In this document: piece after piece, positions 19,668 through 31,419 of the stretch
How positions within the stretch are numbered: the first letter of the stretch is position 1
Layout of the letters: each line of letters opens with the position of its first letter
IMG/VR virus record: IMGVR_UViG_3300033121_001921
Coordinates: 1-64,000 of that record
Length of the DNA stretch: 64,000 nucleotides
Source: a virus
Taxonomy: Duplodnaviria; Caudoviricetes
Reading direction: 5' to 3' (one strand)
Position numbers and translations under genes: made by a program
The notes under the pieces: generated by a model
Databases searched by the model: none
Told to the model about the DNA's origin: nothing
The model's input: the letters and a program-made list of their open reading frames with translations, nothing else

Positions 19668-19675
19668 CAAATATA
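19668..19675 (-). promoter_or_regulatory. Bacteroidota sigma70 -7 box (TAnnTTTG)
   Basis: TATATTTG about 11 nt upstream of the ATG; equivalent boxes at 8296, 13342, 22066, 33248, 41155, 51531 and 62281. Confidence 0.65.
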
Positions 19676-19687
19676 GTTGAAAAAATA

Positions 19688-20269
19688 TTATATCCTAATA
19701 ATTTCTTCCTCTCTTACAGTTCCTATAATTCCTCTTGATAGATGGTAAATATATCTAAATCCTTGAATATCAATGATATGTATACTATTATAATCAACCC
19801 AATAATGTTTATTCTCTTTATTCTCTTTCTTCATTCGTGATATAATTAAGGATTGAATCTTTTGATTCATAAGGTTATATACCTCCCATTTAAGTCTACT
19901 TTCCTTTATGGACATAAGCCTTTTCATTTCATTTCCAAAAGGAAGAATATCTTCTAAGATCATTGATATTTTACTATCTCGATCCATATCAAAATCTCGA
20001 AATGTATATCCGTTGTCTTTTATAATAAATGCTCTAATAAACGACTTCTTAGAATCAGTTGAGTTAAAATATACAACATATTCTCCATTTCCTTCACGAG
20101 GAATGATTGTTTTCAAATATGTAACATAATCCCAGAAGTTCTTATTACTCTTTTCAAATCTAAGATTCAGTCTTAGATACAAATCATGTAGATTATTGAT
20201 ATTCCACTTCTTTGGATATCTATTGAATTTTTTATAGAATTCAGAGTTATTAGAATTTAGCCTAATCAT
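19688..20269 (-). CDS. hypothetical protein
   Basis: 193 aa; contains RDSKISMIL. Confidence 0.65.
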   Translation of the reverse strand: MIRLNSNNSEFYKKFNRYPKKWNINNLHDLYLRLNLRFEKSNKNFWDYVTYLKTIIPREGNGEYVVYFNSTDSKKSFIRAFIIKDNGYTFRDFDMDRDSKISMILEDILPFGNEMKRLMSIKESRLKWEVYNLMNQKIQSLIISRMKKENKENKHYWVDYNSIHIIDIQGFRYIYHLSRGIIGTVREEEIIRI

Positions 20270-20760
20270 GACTTCAAAATATTATCAATTTTTATATCTC
20301 TTAATTCAGAATATCTATACTTTCTACTCGGATTAAATCCATTTGGATTAAATCCATTTATTCTATTTTTTAGAATGCTTATTTGGTCTTTCTGGAAGAA
20401 GATCATGACATCTGCCCTATAAAGAATTTCTGATTCAACTCTAGAAACGGCTCCATCGATGGTAGCATATGACATTTTTGTTATGATCAAATTTCTATCT
20501 CTGGGGAAGCTTTTAATAAAATTTATAAAATCAGTTTTGAACTCAAATATATTTGATCTTGGTCGAATATTTATTGTGGATACGTCCATAATGACCTTTT
20601 TGAAATCACCAATATTTAATTTAGAAATGTCGTCTACAAATTCAATTCTGTGGTAATCAGAAAATATTGGAAGAAAGGATTCTAAATGGCGCTCTGAGGC
20701 GGCTTGATATCCAATAATTGTTATTGGACTTGATAATATGTCCTTTATTAATTCTTGCAA
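20266..20760 (-). CDS. hypothetical protein, possibly a degenerate RecA/DnaB-like fold
   Basis: 164 aa; ILYRADVMIFF resembles the DnaB C-terminal 'ADxVxF'; no Walker A; ends LRDIKIDNILKS. Confidence 0.5.
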   Translation of the reverse strand: MQELIKDILSSPITIIGYQAASERHLESFLPIFSDYHRIEFVDDISKLNIGDFKKVIMDVSTINIRPRSNIFEFKTDFINFIKSFPRDRNLIITKMSYATIDGAVSRVESEILYRADVMIFFQKDQISILKNRINGFNPNGFNPSRKYRYSELRDIKIDNILKS

Positions 20761-21062
20761 GATAGTCTCTCTTTTAAGAGTAGTAGCTTGAATTTGCGTT
20801 GGGGCGGAAGTTCGAAATCGAATTTCCTTTCAACATGATACAGATCAATTATTCTCTTCCTAGCATATATAACATACTCACTAATCTTTCTTTCACGAGC
20901 ACCATTAATTTCCTTAATGTGGCTCTCGGGGAAATCGATAGTGAAGTCAACCATTGAAGAAAATTTATTGCACTCTTCTAGAAGAAATTGACGAGCATTA
21001 TCAAATCCATCCTCAAGATTCTCTACAATCTTTTTGTCAATATGATGTTTAACCATGCTCAT
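20748..21062 (-). CDS. hypothetical protein
   Basis: 104 aa, overlaps both neighbours. Confidence 0.55.
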   Translation of the reverse strand: MSMVKHHIDKKIVENLEDGFDNARQFLLEECNKFSSMVDFTIDFPESHIKEINGARERKISEYVIYARKRIIDLYHVERKFDFELPPQRKFKLLLLKERLSCKN

Positions 21063-21649
21063 TTTATGATTCGTTTTTTAATACCTAATCCTATCAATAA
21101 TCCCATCAATGCCCCGCCAACATGTGCAAAATGTGCAGTGCTACTTTGATAAACTCCAATATGTGAGAGAAGGCCAGATATAGATTCGTATACTAAAAGA
21201 CCAGCAGCAACGTGTTTAGCCTTAACATTGAAAATAAAAAATAGAGATAGCTCAGAATTTGGATTTAATATACAAAATAAAAATAATATACCAAAAACTG
21301 CCCCTGATGCCCCAATCATTGGTGTGTCAGAATACCAATTTGTACTCATTGCGAGAATTGCTGCAAAAAGACCAGAACAGAAATAGAATATGCAAAATTT
21401 AGTGCTTCCAAGAAGTCTTTCACAAATAGGACCAAACATGATAAACGCTAACATATTAAATATTATATGTGCAGGGTAGCCATGCAAAAACATATGTGTT
21501 ATTAATTGATGAATTTGAAAATGTGGAGACGTGATGGAAAATAATCCGAAGTTCATAATAGATGTTTCCATTCCTACCCATATCATTAGGAAGAAAGCAG
21601 CAACATTTGTTAGCAAAATCCACCTAACTGATTTAGTTATTTGATCCAT
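21059..21649 (-). CDS. rhomboid family intramembrane serine protease
   Basis: THMFLH, HIIFNM, GASG catalytic Ser and AHFAHVGG catalytic His; likely start MDQITK at 21649. Confidence 0.9.
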   Translation of the reverse strand: MDQITKSVRWILLTNVAAFFLMIWVGMETSIMNFGLFSITSPHFQIHQLITHMFLHGYPAHIIFNMLAFIMFGPICERLLGSTKFCIFYFCSGLFAAILAMSTNWYSDTPMIGASGAVFGILFLFCILNPNSELSLFFIFNVKAKHVAAGLLVYESISGLLSHIGVYQSSTAHFAHVGGALMGLLIGLGIKKRIIK

Positions 21650-22049
21650 TTTTAGATTTTTTAATACATTCAGGACCGAATCCACTTTCAATCGATTCGG
21701 GAGTTGTCAACCTTCGTCCACACCTAGCACAACATCCTTCGTGCCAAACTTCAATAAACTTAGGAAGGGAAGACATATCCATCTTGCTGATAAACCACTT
21801 AAAAACATTTAAGCTGGGAGATCCCTCCTTAATCAGAGATCTGTTTGATCCTCTAAAGATATTTTGTGGAAAAATGGTACCAAGGAACTCATAGTGATCT
21901 GGAGAAGTAAGAACTGATACAAAAAACAGATCGTTGGATTTCGACTTACCAATTTTAAAGGTAAATCTATTGCCCGTTTTTGGATTTTTTATAGTAAAGA
22001 TAGATTTTCCCGCAAAGATAAAATCCTTGATTCTATCATGAGGAATCAT
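21633..22049 (-). CDS. DUF6011-like zinc-binding protein
   Basis: C-terminal CARCGRRLTTPESIESGFGPEC; likely start MIPHDR at 22049. Confidence 0.75.
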   Translation of the reverse strand: MIPHDRIKDFIFAGKSIFTIKNPKTGNRFTFKIGKSKSNDLFFVSVLTSPDHYEFLGTIFPQNIFRGSNRSLIKEGSPSLNVFKWFISKMDMSSLPKFIEVWHEGCCARCGRRLTTPESIESGFGPECIKKSKNGSNN

Positions 22050-22065
22050 TTTTACACTCATCCAA

Positions 22066-22096
22066 CAAATATAAGAAATTTTTTCTTCCAATCAAA
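22066..22096 (-). promoter_or_regulatory. Bacteroidota sigma70 promoter (-33 TTTG, 19-nt spacer, -7 TATATTTG)
   Basis: minus strand reads TTTG-attggaagaaaaaatttct-TATATTTG. Confidence 0.7.
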
Positions 22097-22111
22097 TTAA
22101 TATATAAATCA

Positions 22112-22969
22112 ATGATAAATGAGGCCGTATTCAGAAGTCCAAAGTGGCTAAGAGATTTTGTAGATTTCGAAGTCAATACAGGTGAAGATATAAAGGGCGA
22201 GCCTTCCAAGTCAGAATTGGAGAGGAGACGGAATAAAGAATGGAAGACAAAATGGGATAGAATCAAGAGGGATGATAAGATTTCCTTTATTGAAGACTAC
22301 TTGAATTATGATCTTAGAAGGCATAATTCATCAATAATAAATGATTTCCTTTCACGAATTGAGAATGATTTTATGGGCGATCAATCATTTATGGATGAAT
22401 ATGATAAGTGGCTGTCTAAGAAAATAGAAGAGAATCAAAGGCAGAAAAAAATAATTGATACACTAAACCAATTGCATGATAGCATTTGGTCTGATTATAT
22501 AAAAAATCCCCATGGTGATAAATTCAAAACTCCAAATGATAGGCATGGGAATAGATATTGGGAATATAGATTTGAGAATGGAAAAATTTGCCATCTTTCA
22601 CCATCGACTAATAAATTGGAATTCGATGGTATTACCTATACACTTAATATTGAATTCAAAAATAAATTCATAGAGCTAGCAAATAGAATTGGTGAGACAA
22701 AACAAAGACCAAGAAATGCTAACAATAGGAATAATTCTTCTAATACAAAGACTAATCAAACAAAGGCAGACCCAAACAGAGAAAGGTATGAAAAGTTGAA
22801 GGGAATAGTTAAGATAAGAGAAGAACAATTATACAAAATGTCCTCTAGAGATCCCAACAGACCTTCACTTCAAAATGAATTAGATGCTTATAAGCAAAAG
22901 CTTAGATCTATGAAATCAGAATATAAATTTGAGTCACTTATGTCCTTCAGCAACTTTTCAAAATTCTGA
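22112..22969 (+). CDS. hypothetical protein
   Basis: 285 aa; ATATATA 5 nt upstream; ends YKFESLMSFSNFSKF. Confidence 0.75.
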   Translation: MINEAVFRSPKWLRDFVDFEVNTGEDIKGEPSKSELERRRNKEWKTKWDRIKRDDKISFIEDYLNYDLRRHNSSIINDFLSRIENDFMGDQSFMDEYDKWLSKKIEENQRQKKIIDTLNQLHDSIWSDYIKNPHGDKFKTPNDRHGNRYWEYRFENGKICHLSPSTNKLEFDGITYTLNIEFKNKFIELANRIGETKQRPRNANNRNNSSNTKTNQTKADPNRERYEKLKGIVKIREEQLYKMSSRDPNRPSLQNELDAYKQKLRSMKSEYKFESLMSFSNFSKF

Positions 22970-23340
22970 AACATCCAAATAGTGAATAGGAACTTCATCC
23001 ACAATCTCATGCTTCTCATACAAAAGAATATTCTTTCCACCAAATTCCCAAGACTGATGTGAAGTGGATTCTAGATCAGACTGTCCGGATTCCTTTCTTC
23101 GAATTGAATTGGGATTTGTATAGAATCTTGATATGATGCCTACAAGCATGTCCAAATTAGATTGACACTCAGCTGAATTTTCAAAAAATTTTGATATAGA
23201 TAAATAGTCATCGTTTCCTTGAATATTCCACCCCCACTTCATTGAATCTGGAATAGATTTTATTATCTCGGAAAGATTAGTCTGAGACATGGATGATATA
23301 GATGTTACCACACCTATCAACAAGGATATTTTAATTTCAT
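22958..23340 (-). pseudogene. probable secreted protein with a frameshift just after the start
   Basis: ATG at 23340 overlaps the topoisomerase stop (ATGA); one extra A in the A4 run gives MKLKISLLIGVVTSISSMSQ, a signal-peptide-like N-terminus. Confidence 0.5.
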
Positions 23341-24656
23341 TTGAATTTCTTTTTAAGTTCTGTTAAATCTTCTAAATACATATTCTTTGGAAGGAGAGAT
23401 TTAGTCTTCTCAAGTTCGGATTTTCTTTCAAGAAAATCTTCTTTTATTTTCTCAAACGTTTCCTTAGTCAATGAATTAATTGGCATTCTCAATAAATAGT
23501 CATAGTCTCCTTCTATCTTTTCTATATTTAGAGACTGAATTTGATCTACAATCTCTGATTTTGGTTTATTGTTTATTAAAATTTTCCCATCCAAGATAAA
23601 TTTGATAAACTTACCTCTGTTACCTAGTAACTTCAAATCATGGGCAATTCTCTCAATTAGATAATCCTTCCTCTTCTGATAGTAGGTTAATCTAAACTCT
23701 ACAAAATACGAAACGATTTCCTCTACTGATTCAAATATTTTCAGCTTTCCGTTTTCATCAAGAGTTGTATATATCTCTGTTGAATATTCAATCAATTTGA
23801 ACATCTTACATATTTCATGTTCGGACAGTATCTTCCCCCTATTCAACTTAACAACATAGTCTATATTGGATTTGCTATTATTCTTGAATGAGATTATGTA
23901 TTTATCATCAACTAAATTATCCAAAATACTCTCATACATTTCATATGTAAATGATGGAGGTATTTCTAAAATTCGTAATGTATTTCCAGATAATTCATAT
24001 CTTCCCTTTATTATCCATCTCTTGGAATTTTCTTCATCTTTGGTGAAGCTACCACTGAAATCATAAATTTCAGGAACCATTTCTTTTATTTTTTCTCCAT
24101 TTACCGCTCTAATGCAATTATCTATTATAGATACAGGATTTCTATTCAGAATATTCATTGAAAATCCAACAGCAATTCCAGATCCACCATTTATTAAGAT
24201 CATTGGTATTATTGGTAGATAAAATTTTGGTTCACATTTAACCCCATCAATAGTCACATATTCTAATATTTCATTATCTTTGAATATGTAATCAAATGAT
24301 TCAGAAATTCGAGTAGATATGTACCTAGAACTAGAGGCATGTGGATTTCTTAACGATCCATATATACCAATTTCTTCCAACATGGGAATATTGTTCTTAA
24401 ATTTTTGAGCCATGTTAACCACAGCATCTTCAACAGAAACATTACCATGATGGTACTGAGTTTTGAAAATAACTTTCCCACCTAGAACATTAACTTTTAT
24501 TTTCTCCCTTTTTTCTGAACTTAAAGAAAATAAAATCTTCCTCTGAACAGGCTTCAGTCCATCACAAAAGCTTGGAATTGATCTGTTTTCTATAACATAG
24601 AAAGCAAATTTTTTGTAATCATTATCTAGAAAATTCGAAATACTAACGTTGTTCAT
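23337..24656 (-). CDS. type II DNA topoisomerase breakage-reunion subunit (T4 gp52/GyrA-like)
   Basis: DGLKPVQRKI, YHHG and SSRYI active-site Tyr motifs. Confidence 0.92.
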   Translation of the reverse strand: MNNVSISNFLDNDYKKFAFYVIENRSIPSFCDGLKPVQRKILFSLSSEKREKIKVNVLGGKVIFKTQYHHGNVSVEDAVVNMAQKFKNNIPMLEEIGIYGSLRNPHASSSRYISTRISESFDYIFKDNEILEYVTIDGVKCEPKFYLPIIPMILINGGSGIAVGFSMNILNRNPVSIIDNCIRAVNGEKIKEMVPEIYDFSGSFTKDEENSKRWIIKGRYELSGNTLRILEIPPSFTYEMYESILDNLVDDKYIISFKNNSKSNIDYVVKLNRGKILSEHEICKMFKLIEYSTEIYTTLDENGKLKIFESVEEIVSYFVEFRLTYYQKRKDYLIERIAHDLKLLGNRGKFIKFILDGKILINNKPKSEIVDQIQSLNIEKIEGDYDYLLRMPINSLTKETFEKIKEDFLERKSELEKTKSLLPKNMYLEDLTELKKKFK

Positions 24657-26361
24657 TTTTGTATATCCATTTTTTATTACCCGCCCCCCATATTAAATTG
24701 TATTTGCGGCTTTTCATTATTTCATATTCTGTTAAATTTTTGTTATATCCATCTTTTATTAATTTTTTCTTATTAAAATTAAATCTGTGGTACTTTTTTT
24801 GGCCTATTGACCAGTAATAATTAATTGATTCTCCATCGAATTCAAATCCCATTTTTCTGTACATGTCACCAGAATAATATGAATTATCAGAATAGGACAC
24901 AACTATATCTGGTTTATAGAATTTCAAAAAGTACTTAAATAATCTAGAATATCCTCCAACAACACTTGTATTTATTTTATTGCAAAATCTCACAAGTTCT
25001 AAATTTTTTTTACCGTTGATGTATCTAGTATTAAAACACATAACAGATACAATCTCATCTGATAATTTCAAACAAATATTGTATTTGCATTTTATTCCAC
25101 CCTGAATATGATTATTTTCTAAAAATTCAAATGATTCATTATTACCAATCTCAAATACATTGCATTTTCTGGCAAATATTTTAGACGATTTACCTACCCT
25201 GTTCAAAATTATTGACTTAACAATGTTCTTTTTAAGAATCCAATCATCTTCCCATATTTGTATCAAATCTATTCCGATATCTGAGCAGAATCTCTTCTTT
25301 TCTAGGTGATATCTTTTAGATTTATAATCATCACAATGCCAATATAAACCATTATATTCTATTCCGATATTAAGATCAGGCAACACAATATCTATCTCTA
25401 TCCCATTTAAAAATTCTCTATCATTGAACAAAACATTATCAATTTGAATATCTCTCTTTATCCAATCAAAAATTTCGGATTGACCTCCAGAAAAAGATCT
25501 TAATTTATTACATTCTAAACAGATAACTTTTCCATTTCGCAGTCTTTCATTCATTAGAGCACAATCTATATCAAATTCTTTTTCACACACTAAATGGTTT
25601 AGTCTGACTGATATCGGACAATTGACCCATTCTATGAATGAATAATCATTTCCAATCCTATTAGATATAGATATTTTATATTTTTCAGCGGAAATTTTCT
25701 TACAAATATCCGAAGATTGGTAATTATCGGCACCATATTTTTCCCTATTTGTTTCTAGTGTTTTTTTTATTGCCTCTGGAGATCTCAGTGTAGATCTAAC
25801 ACCATATTTATCAAATATTCTTTTAAAAAAATCTGTTTTGATCAGATCATTTTTCATCGGATTGGTATCTCCATATCTTTCTATATTGGTCTGTTTGATC
25901 TTATTTTTTACCTCCTCAGATTGAGAAGCATATTCAAATCCATATTTTTCAATATTTGTCTTCTTGGCCTTTTCTATGGACTTTTCAGATAATAGAGGCG
26001 ACTTGAATCCATATTTATCAATAAATGTTTTCTCTATCTTTTCTATTATTTCTGGTGATTTGGACGCATTATCATATCCAAATTTTTCCATACATGTTTT
26101 CTCATATTTAAAAATTGAGCATTTATGGGAGCAAGCAAATAAATTATGACTCTTGATATTACCCAAATAGGTTTGGTATTTCAATTCTTTTTCTTTATAG
26201 CAAAAATCACAAATGGCTGTTACCAGAACAGTACTGCAATCAGATAGATACTTTACATCTATATTCATTATCTCAGATAAGGTAGATTCGATTCCATCAT
26301 TAATCAGCAGATCCTTGTATCTCTTATTTATTTTAACTCTTATCGTTTTTGTCTTCAACAT
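24643..26361 (-). CDS. putative homing endonuclease (KYG repeats + Hef-like domain) inserted between the topoisomerase subunits
   Basis: EIDIVLPDLNIGIEYNGLYWH...QIWEDDW...RFCNK; overlaps both flanking genes. Confidence 0.8.
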   Translation of the reverse strand: MLKTKTIRVKINKRYKDLLINDGIESTLSEIMNIDVKYLSDCSTVLVTAICDFCYKEKELKYQTYLGNIKSHNLFACSHKCSIFKYEKTCMEKFGYDNASKSPEIIEKIEKTFIDKYGFKSPLLSEKSIEKAKKTNIEKYGFEYASQSEEVKNKIKQTNIERYGDTNPMKNDLIKTDFFKRIFDKYGVRSTLRSPEAIKKTLETNREKYGADNYQSSDICKKISAEKYKISISNRIGNDYSFIEWVNCPISVRLNHLVCEKEFDIDCALMNERLRNGKVICLECNKLRSFSGGQSEIFDWIKRDIQIDNVLFNDREFLNGIEIDIVLPDLNIGIEYNGLYWHCDDYKSKRYHLEKKRFCSDIGIDLIQIWEDDWILKKNIVKSIILNRVGKSSKIFARKCNVFEIGNNESFEFLENNHIQGGIKCKYNICLKLSDEIVSVMCFNTRYINGKKNLELVRFCNKINTSVVGGYSRLFKYFLKFYKPDIVVSYSDNSYYSGDMYRKMGFEFDGESINYYWSIGQKKYHRFNFNKKKLIKDGYNKNLTEYEIMKSRKYNLIWGAGNKKWIYKNEQR

Positions 26362-28189
26362 ATACCAATTTATTTTTTCTTAAATTAGATTCATCTCCGA
26401 ACCAAATATTGATATCATTTTGATATCCATCATTTGGATCAAATTTGATAAGTTTGGTATTTTGAATTAAATCCTTGAACTCTGCTGATTCTAGAGATCC
26501 CAAACCCTTTTTATAATCTATTTCATAATTGTATATATTGTTTTTTTCTATCCATTTGTTGTATTCGTCGTACGTGTAAAAATAAATCTTTTCTCCCTTT
26601 CCATTCTTTTTACTAACTACCAATAGAGGTGTAAGTGCTCTATAGATCATATTCAATTTGAATAGATTATCCCACATGCTAAAGAAATTCAATAGTAGAC
26701 CACAGATACTATCACCATCAGTATCCATATCAGAACATATTATTATCTTTCCATATCTGAATCCACTGATATCTGATGGATCAAAAAGATTCAACCCAAT
26801 TGATTGTATCAAATTTTTTGCTTCTTCTTTCTCCAATATCTTTTTTTTACTCATTCCATTTGTATTGACAAATTTGCCTTTAAGGGAATAAGCAGCTTGA
26901 GTATTAGGATCCCTGTATTTTCTAAAATCTCCAATAGCTGACAATCCCTCCATTATGAACAATTCACATTTGGTTCTAATTGGAGATTGACAATCTATTA
27001 ATTTTTCAACCTTGGTTCTCTTTTTTAAATCTCTCTGAAGCTTATTTTCTTCTGCTAATTTTTTTTGATCGATCCAATCTAATATAGATTGAACTATTTC
27101 GGATTTTAGTATTGATTTTATTGTTTTATCAGTTACTTGATAAGTAGATCCGAAGTCTTTCACTTCTGTGATGAGTTTCTCTTTTGTTTGAGAAGAAAAT
27201 GATGGATTAACAATCGTGGAGTTAATAAAAATGAATATATGATTCTTTATTTCTGACGGCTTAACATCGACTTTGTGCTTTTTTTGAAAGAAATCCCTGA
27301 CCTCTGATATTATCTGACTTAGAATGTAATCAACATGATTCCCACCGTCATACGTTTCTGTTGAATTAACAAATGATATTTGTTGAAATCCTGAATTAGA
27401 TGGTGAGATTGAAATCGACCAAGATTTCTCTTTATTGTTTTCAAAAAAGTAATCATTGGTATATAATTTAACATAGTCCTCAAAGGATTTGATATTTATC
27501 AAAGAATCGTTCAGGTATATTTTAAGATTTGGATTACATCCAGCAATATCATACACCCTTTTCTCTATCATTTTATAATTATCATCATTTATACCATCTA
27601 GTCCAAATCTTTCAAAATCAGGAATAAATGAAATTTCTGTATGGTTCTTTGTGCTTTTTATGATTTTAGGAACACTCCTTTCGGTCATGTTATTTTTGAA
27701 CGTTTGAAAGAATTGCTTCTTACCATCACAGGTCGATATTGTAAATTCCTTTGAAAATATATTCACACAGGATGATCCCACGCCATTTGTACCAGACCAA
27801 GTTCTTGATTCATCATCAGAGAAATTAGACCCAGACTTCATATTTGAAAAAACCATCTCTGGGACCCATTCGTTATGTTCTTTATGTTTCTCAACTGATA
27901 TTCCACCATTGTCCCAAACAGATATTTTATTATCCCTTATCAAAACTTTTATTGTATTGATCTTAGTTCCAATTCTTTTGGATTCATCTATTGAATTTGT
28001 TATTATCTCATCAAATAGTTTAATAAATGCAGGTATATAAACTATTTCTTTCCTGATCATTGACCCATCACTGATAACATACTTCGATGATATGTTAGGA
28101 TTTATGGATCCTAAATACATCGATGGTCTTAATAAAACATGTTCCTGATCCGTTAATTTTTTATACTTCTCCTCTATCTTCTTCGCCAT
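26333..28189 (-). CDS. type II DNA topoisomerase ATPase/TOPRIM subunit (T4 gp39+60/GyrB-like)
   Basis: DEIITNSID, DNGGI and GTNGVG GHKL motifs; EGLSA, DMDTDG and KKGLGS TOPRIM motifs. Confidence 0.93.
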   Translation of the reverse strand: MAKKIEEKYKKLTDQEHVLLRPSMYLGSINPNISSKYVISDGSMIRKEIVYIPAFIKLFDEIITNSIDESKRIGTKINTIKVLIRDNKISVWDNGGISVEKHKEHNEWVPEMVFSNMKSGSNFSDDESRTWSGTNGVGSSCVNIFSKEFTISTCDGKKQFFQTFKNNMTERSVPKIIKSTKNHTEISFIPDFERFGLDGINDDNYKMIEKRVYDIAGCNPNLKIYLNDSLINIKSFEDYVKLYTNDYFFENNKEKSWSISISPSNSGFQQISFVNSTETYDGGNHVDYILSQIISEVRDFFQKKHKVDVKPSEIKNHIFIFINSTIVNPSFSSQTKEKLITEVKDFGSTYQVTDKTIKSILKSEIVQSILDWIDQKKLAEENKLQRDLKKRTKVEKLIDCQSPIRTKCELFIMEGLSAIGDFRKYRDPNTQAAYSLKGKFVNTNGMSKKKILEKEEAKNLIQSIGLNLFDPSDISGFRYGKIIICSDMDTDGDSICGLLLNFFSMWDNLFKLNMIYRALTPLLVVSKKNGKGEKIYFYTYDEYNKWIEKNNIYNYEIDYKKGLGSLESAEFKDLIQNTKLIKFDPNDGYQNDINIWFGDESNLRKNKLVYVEDKNDKS

Positions 28190-28293
28190 AATACTACTCT
28201 ATATATCCAAATATTCCCTTTGTTGATCTCACCCTAAATAGAATTTTGAATTATACTATTTTATGAAATGGAGGGATGTTTTATCAGGAGTTG

Positions 28294-28515
28294 TTACACA
28301 CCGGGGTGGATGTGAGAGTCCATCTTTACTATAACATCACTTCTACTATTTATTGTATTTGACAGACTTTTAATATCTAATCGGAATCTATGAGGCACTG
28401 TTGATATCTTATAATAATTAAGCCATTCCAAATTATGCCCCTCTGGAAATACTGGCCTTAGATAAAATATTCCAAATTTAGATTGAAAAGATTCAAAAGT
28501 TCTAAGGAATTCCAT
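28294..28515 (-). CDS. small N-terminal motif family protein
   Basis: MEFLRTFESF start; ATATATA upstream; the 3' end may be frameshift-truncated. Confidence 0.55.
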   Translation of the reverse strand: MEFLRTFESFQSKFGIFYLRPVFPEGHNLEWLNYYKISTVPHRFRLDIKSLSNTINSRSDVIVKMDSHIHPGV

Positions 28516-28527
28516 TTGGTATATATA

Positions 28528-28558
28528 AAAATAGGGTGGAAGATTTCCACCCTATTTT
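28528..28558. terminator. intrinsic terminator after groEL
   Basis: 14-bp inverted repeat aaaatagggtggaa-gat-ttccaccctatttt. Confidence 0.8.
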
Positions 28559-28579
28559 CTTCTGTATAGTTTTTTTGTA

Positions 28580-30193
<1,614 letters not shown>

Positions 30194-30204
30194 GTTTTTT
30201 TTAA

Positions 30205-30477
30205 TTAAATTATTGCGAATATATCAGACTCACGTAGAATTATAAGATCCTCACCCTCAACACTTATTTCACTACCGGAATATTTACCATATAAGACGTT
30301 ATCTCCTGTTTTTACTGTCATTGGTTCATCTTTTTTCCCATTCCCAACTGCGAGAACACTCCCCTTTAGAGGTTTCTCCTTGGCTGTATCAGGAATAATC
30401 AATCCGCCTTTTGTAACGGATTCTTGTTCATGTGGCTTTATCACCACTCTATCATGTAAAGGTTTAATATTGCTCAT
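30205..30477 (-). CDS. groES: co-chaperonin GroES
   Basis: [28 protein letters not shown] and RESDI motifs. Confidence 0.97.
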   Translation of the reverse strand: MSNIKPLHDRVVIKPHEQESVTKGGLIIPDTAKEKPLKGSVLAVGNGKKDEPMTVKTGDNVLYGKYSGSEISVEGEDLIILRESDIFAII

Positions 30478-30517
30478 TTTTCTTATTTTGTATTGTTATT
30501 AAAATTATTGAGAAAGT

Positions 30518-30860
30518 TTAAATTCCAATTTCATCTAGAATATTGGATCTGTGTTTTGATTTTAGAAACATATTCATTTGATATAGAATCATTCCATCAC
30601 TTTTGTAGAGTAGTGGGCCAGAAAATAGACCCACATCTCTAAAAACCCAAGCTACCCTTAAAGTGGATTTTTGCCTCGTTTGTATAATATGTTATTGAAT
30701 TTTGTATAATTCTCCTCAACATCAATCTTATTTGATCCTTAAACAGTCCAACGTCTATTCTATAGAGTTCATCTATTACTTCATCAATAGAAGATTTTAT
30801 GAATACATCTATATCACTATTTCCAGACGGACTGGCAATGAGTATGTAGAATTTATCCAT
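30518..30860 (-). pseudogene. hypothetical gene with a 1-nt frameshift
   Basis: ORF 30639..30860 stops right after a T5 run; removing one T continues GFRDVGLFSGPLLY...RSNILDEIGI to a stop at 30518. Confidence 0.5.
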
Positions 30861-31092
30861 TAGCAGGAGAAATTTCTACCTTCCATGTCCACCATAGAGA
30901 GAAATTAACGTAAATTAGAAACGATGCATTCATTGAATCCCCCTCAATAGATACTTCTTCATTTTTGGTCCATATTCCAATTCCTCTATCTTTAGTTCTC
31001 CTTAGTCGAAAGGATAATCCATATGGATGCCATTTTTTATTCTTTATCCATGGAATAACTATTCCATCGCTATATTTCTTATATAAGATCAT
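30853..31092 (-). CDS. hypothetical protein
   Basis: 79 aa, overlaps its neighbour. Confidence 0.5.
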   Translation of the reverse strand: MILYKKYSDGIVIPWIKNKKWHPYGLSFRLRRTKDRGIGIWTKNEEVSIEGDSMNASFLIYVNFSLWWTWKVEISPANG

Positions 31093-31125
31093 TTATATCT
31101 TTGAATTTATCCAAAAAATCTATTT

Positions 31126-31419
31126 TCAAGTTCTTATCGCGGAATTAAACTTAGAATCATCTAAGTAGCATTCCTTTTCGATACCAAGAGATTCACACAT
31201 GAGATCATATAATTCATCCTTTTTCGATTTTTGGTTTATATAGGATAGTCCAGCAATATTATCTTCTAATTTTGCTATTAATTGTAATTTGGAAAATTTG
31301 AATCCAAAATTATATTTTTCTAAGGGAAATTCACCAAGATCATTTTTAAATTTATAAAATTGAGATCTCATGAATCCAGAATCACAATCTAAGAATTTTA
31401 TTAGATCATTTTCCATCAC
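31126..31419 (-). CDS. hypothetical protein, 3' end probably frameshifted
   Basis: 97 aa; adding one A near 31131 restores ...SAIRNLKIDFLDK, the shared RxxKID motif. Confidence 0.6.
   Translation of the reverse strand: MMENDLIKFLDCDSGFMRSQFYKFKNDLGEFPLEKYNFGFKFSKLQLIAKLEDNIAGLSYINQKSKKDELYDLMCESLGIEKECYLDDSKFNSAIRT

Noticed and set aside
26333-28189. Intein or intron in the topoisomerase or GroEL genes
   Set aside because: Lengths and motif spacing are normal, with no intein C/HN boundaries; the neighbouring nuclease is a separate ORF.
30478-30517. CIRCE or other heat-shock operator upstream of groES
   Set aside because: No TTAGCACTC-N9-GAGTGCTAA inverted repeat; most of the apparent gap is the frameshifted tail of the upstream gene.
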